This document shows, in pieces, positions 56,379 to 64,000 of a stretch of DNA of 64,000 nt (position 1 is the first letter of the stretch; every line of letters begins with the position of its first letter). The stretch is from the NCBI RefSeq assembly GCF_009914755.1, contig NC_060940.1. One strand, written 5' to 3'. The notes below the pieces were generated by a model that was not told the origin of the DNA, did no database searches, and saw only the letters and a program-made list of their open reading frames with translations. Position numbers and translations under genes: made by a program. This DNA is from the human T2T-CHM13v2.0 reference genome, Homo sapiens.

Positions 56379-57366
56379 TGACTAATGTATGTATTTACTT
56401 ATTTATTTATGTATTGTAAAGACAGAGTCTAGCTATGTTGCCCAGGCTGGTCTCAAACTCCTGACCTCAAGTGATCCTTCCTACCTCAGCCTCCCAAAGT
56501 ACCAAGATTACAGGCATGAGCCCCCGTGCCCAGCCTGATACTTTTTTTTTTAAGTATTATTCCAGTTGCCTTGTTGAAAATAGACCCCAAGAAAGCAAAT
56601 CTCAAACAGAGAAAACTGCTAGGAAGTTCTTGCTGGAATCCAGGTGAGAACGGATAGAGGCTCACATTTAAATGAAGTAGTCAGAAATAGCCACATTTGG
56701 ATGTATTTTTATACAATTCCTGCTCCTGAAGTCTTCCCCACTCCTTTTTTTTTTTTTTTAACCATTACTACAATTGCTTTGCTGCCTTTTTGCTGATTTA
56801 TTGGATCACGTGTTTAAAACCCTGATGTGAACACCTACATTTATCCTTCTTACTGGGTATGTGTTAGGTATTTAACAAAGTCTTAGTTCTCCTGGAGTCT
56901 GCCTGCATGAACCAACCAAATATAAATCTGCAAAATGGGAACTCTACAGTGTCTCTTCAGTTTTGCTGTCAAGATTTCACAGCCTCAGCTTCTAAAATTA
57001 TTTCATCAAGTTCAATGGATACATATTCTTGAACTCTTTTCTAGCCTATATTTTCCAACAATGTTGCTAACTATATTTCCATACCAGCCTTCTTATCTAA
57101 CATACTGGTTAAAATGTCAAAAAGCAGAGGGTTTAAAAAGCTTTTCTCGGTGGAATGTGCTTCTCCTTCATACATGATATAACTTGATTTGAACAATGTC
57201 ACAAAGATATTTTCTCTGTTAGATTAAAATTTTGTTTGCATGAATTTTTCAATAGCTTTAAGCAGTTGAATAGCAATATATGCAGGAAGAAGCTGAGAGA
57301 CTTATGTAATAGATATTTCATGTATCTATAACCCACACTGCTGCCCAGGAAATGTGCGCTGCATTA

Positions 57367-57759
<393 letters not shown>

Positions 57760-58168
57760 TTACTTTTTGTGAAGTGTGCAATGTAAATTTCACTTTGGTC
57801 TCCCCACCGGAATCATCAACTAAAGTCTACACTGCTATATCGGCTATCTATTGCTGTGTAACAAATTATTCCAAAACTCAGTGGCTTAAAACAACACATT
57901 TATTATCTCACAGTTTCTGTGGGTTAGGAATTCGAAGATGGGCCCCCTGCTTCAGGGTCTCCCATGGGTTGCTATCTAGGTGTAAGCTAGGTCTCATCTC
58001 AAGACTCAACTGGGGCAGGATCCACTTCCAAGTGCACCCACATGATTATTGGCAGGATTCGTTTCCCATGAACTGTTGTCAGAAGCCGCTTTCAGATCCT
58101 TGCCACGTGGGCCTCTCCGAAGGGCAGCTCACAACACAACAGCTTGATTTATCAGAGCAAGCAGGCAA

Positions 58169-59229
<1,061 letters not shown>

Positions 59230-59346
59230 GCAAGAAGGCAAGACAGAGTGTGTGCTAGCAAGACAGAAGTCCGTGTGTTTGGTAACCTAATCTCAAACTG
59301 AAATGCCATCACCTTTGCTGTGTTCTACTGATTAAAAGCTAGTCAC

Positions 59347-60702
<1,356 letters not shown>

Positions 60703-61986
60703 TAAAAGCTAGTCACTAGGTCCAGCCCACAGTCAGGGCAAGGGGTCACAAAAGGACGTGAATATGAGGTGGCAGGGATCATTTGGGGTCATCTTAGAAG
60801 CTGTCTACCACAATGTTCCACTATGAATTATTTCAGAGGATTCACACCTGGGGCAAGGAGGTACATCGATAGCATGCAACCAGAAGGAGTCCTGAGACAG
60901 TCATTTGCAGAAACCCTGGTGAAGTTTTGGTTTTCCTTGGCCATGCAATCAGGGGCTACTCACTGGCTGATGGACTCAGCTGACACCCAGATTAATTTGA
61001 GAACTGTATCCACAGTCATTAACTACGGGGCAGTGCCCAACTGTCCCCAAGCCAGAAGTAAGAGGTATGCATCTTCACGACCTCAATGACAAACTTGATC
61101 ATATAAAATAGGCAGCATTAATTGACCTGGTTCAGGCTACGCCGGAGGTGGACTACCACCTGGAAACAGAGAGACATTGCAGAAGCTTCCCTGAGGTTCC
61201 CCTTGCAGCCTTCAGGGGTGAATTCTTTGACACTGGGTGTTTGAAATGGAGCAATCAAGGCCCCAGCAAAAAACAGATGCACACTCCAATGGGGTAATTG
61301 AGGACAGTTTAGGAAAGAGATTATTTACAGAAGTGTGGACAGGATTAAGAGAAAACAAGGATGTGGAGCACGCTGGTATTATCAACAGTGGGGTCTAAAA
61401 GGGAAGGAGAGAGAGAGAGAGAATCCTGGAACCCAGAGAGAGCTGTCGCTGTAAGACAGAACTGCCCAACAGGAACTGTGGCCTTTAGGGAGAAACTGAG
61501 CTACTGCAAACTCTCAGCCCGGAAGGAAAGAAGCCAAAGGAATAAATACCCTGACCTCCCCTTCCACCCTCCAATCTCCTACTGGGTCCCCACTGGCCAG
61601 TCTGGCTCCCTGGGCACACCAGAGTTGAGAAGAACGGACAGCGGATTTGGAGGCGCAAGAAGAAAGTATCCAAAACCTAGACAGAAAGCCAGGCAGCTTC
61701 ACATGAGCTTTTTAAAAGTGTAGAAGTCATAAAAATTCTCCTGGAAATGAGCAAACACATGGGCTTTCAGAAGATGAACACAAAATAGCTTTTAAAATGA
61801 AAGTCTGCTCTGGAAGGGAAAAGGTGGTTCCTGGCAATGTGCAGAGGAGGATTAAAGTCCCCACCCTCAACTCCAGCCTGCTGCGTCTTCCAAGAGAGAA
61901 TTCCCCAGAGCCTGGACTAGGGAAGCATTGGCGCCACTGGGAAAAGCTGCTACAGCCCTTGTTGGGCGGCTCTTTCTCACAGCTAC

Positions 61987-63352
<1,366 letters not shown>

Positions 63353-64000
63353 CTACAGTTCTTTCTGGATTCCAGGAGTCTCTCTCCCCTTCCCTTTTAG
63401 ACCTGGTTGGTAAGGGCTCTGTGCTGTTGACAGTTCCAGAGTACCTCACATCCTTTGTTTCATTTAACCCAGTCCATGCTTCTGTAAATACTCTCTTTGC
63501 TAAACTCTCCTCAAGTAATTGATTTTAATGTGCATCCATTGCCTGCCAGGACCTGATTAGTCCATTTCAAGCATCCAATATCAAAGAATGCACCCAAAAC
63601 AAAGACGCTGTTAGGAAACACAGAACTGGGCACTGCAAAGGTCTTTGAGCATGACACAAGGATGTTGCAAGAGCGGCAGGCCCAGAAGGCAAGTGGGGAT
63701 TGAAGAACCTTAACAGCATATTCACGGGGCTCAGTCCTAGGATTCAGCATCATGACATATCACCTCCAAGCTTCCATGCTTTCATTTGTATAGCTAAGAC
63801 TTGACAAGACTAGTGAGGGTGTCCGATGATGAGGACAGTCAAGGATGTTAAATTCCTGACTATACATTAACAAGGAGGAAAAAAACTAACAAACCTGCAT
63901 CAGTGTGAAGACCAGAAAGGCCTGTCCACAGAGCCAGATGACAAGGTACAACAGGATGCTGTTGAAAAAAATCAGACTAGATAAGAGCAGGTTGCTGTGT

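Overview
Human (primate) genomic DNA from a chromosome 16p segmental-duplication mosaic (LCR16a family). It is not microbial, and there are no CRISPR, rRNA or tRNA genes. In order on the + strand: (1) the last ~225 coding nt and polyA region of an NPIPB-type gene, with an 87-bp coding VNTR; (2) an orphan, inactivated PLA2G10 catalytic exon on the - strand at 1322-1428, absent from the ORF track; (3) ~12 kb of very Alu-dense DNA; (4) a CpG-island promoter and an unprocessed RRN3 (TIF-IA) pseudogene with 13 recognisable parental exons (14560-37195). Its lesions are a +1 frameshift in exon 1, Q140*, a GT>AT donor at exon 7, an in-frame loss of about 90 codons (parental exons 11-12) and truncation after exon 15 at a chimeric Alu, followed by a candidate L1-derived terminal exon; (5) ~26 kb of gene-free DNA made mostly of nested LTR, LINE, SINE and DNA elements. 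The spacing and layout fit my recollection of NPIPB4 followed by RRN3P1 at 16p12.2 read on the reverse strand, but the paralog assignment is unverified. Most supplied ORFs are Alu or L1 artefacts. I see no clear new biological system. The best hypothesis is an in-frame route (start at Met34, skip exons 5-8, end in the L1 exon) that would bypass every lesion and give a ~296-aa truncated TIF-IA. Parental protein comparisons, residue numbering and repeat subfamily names are from memory.
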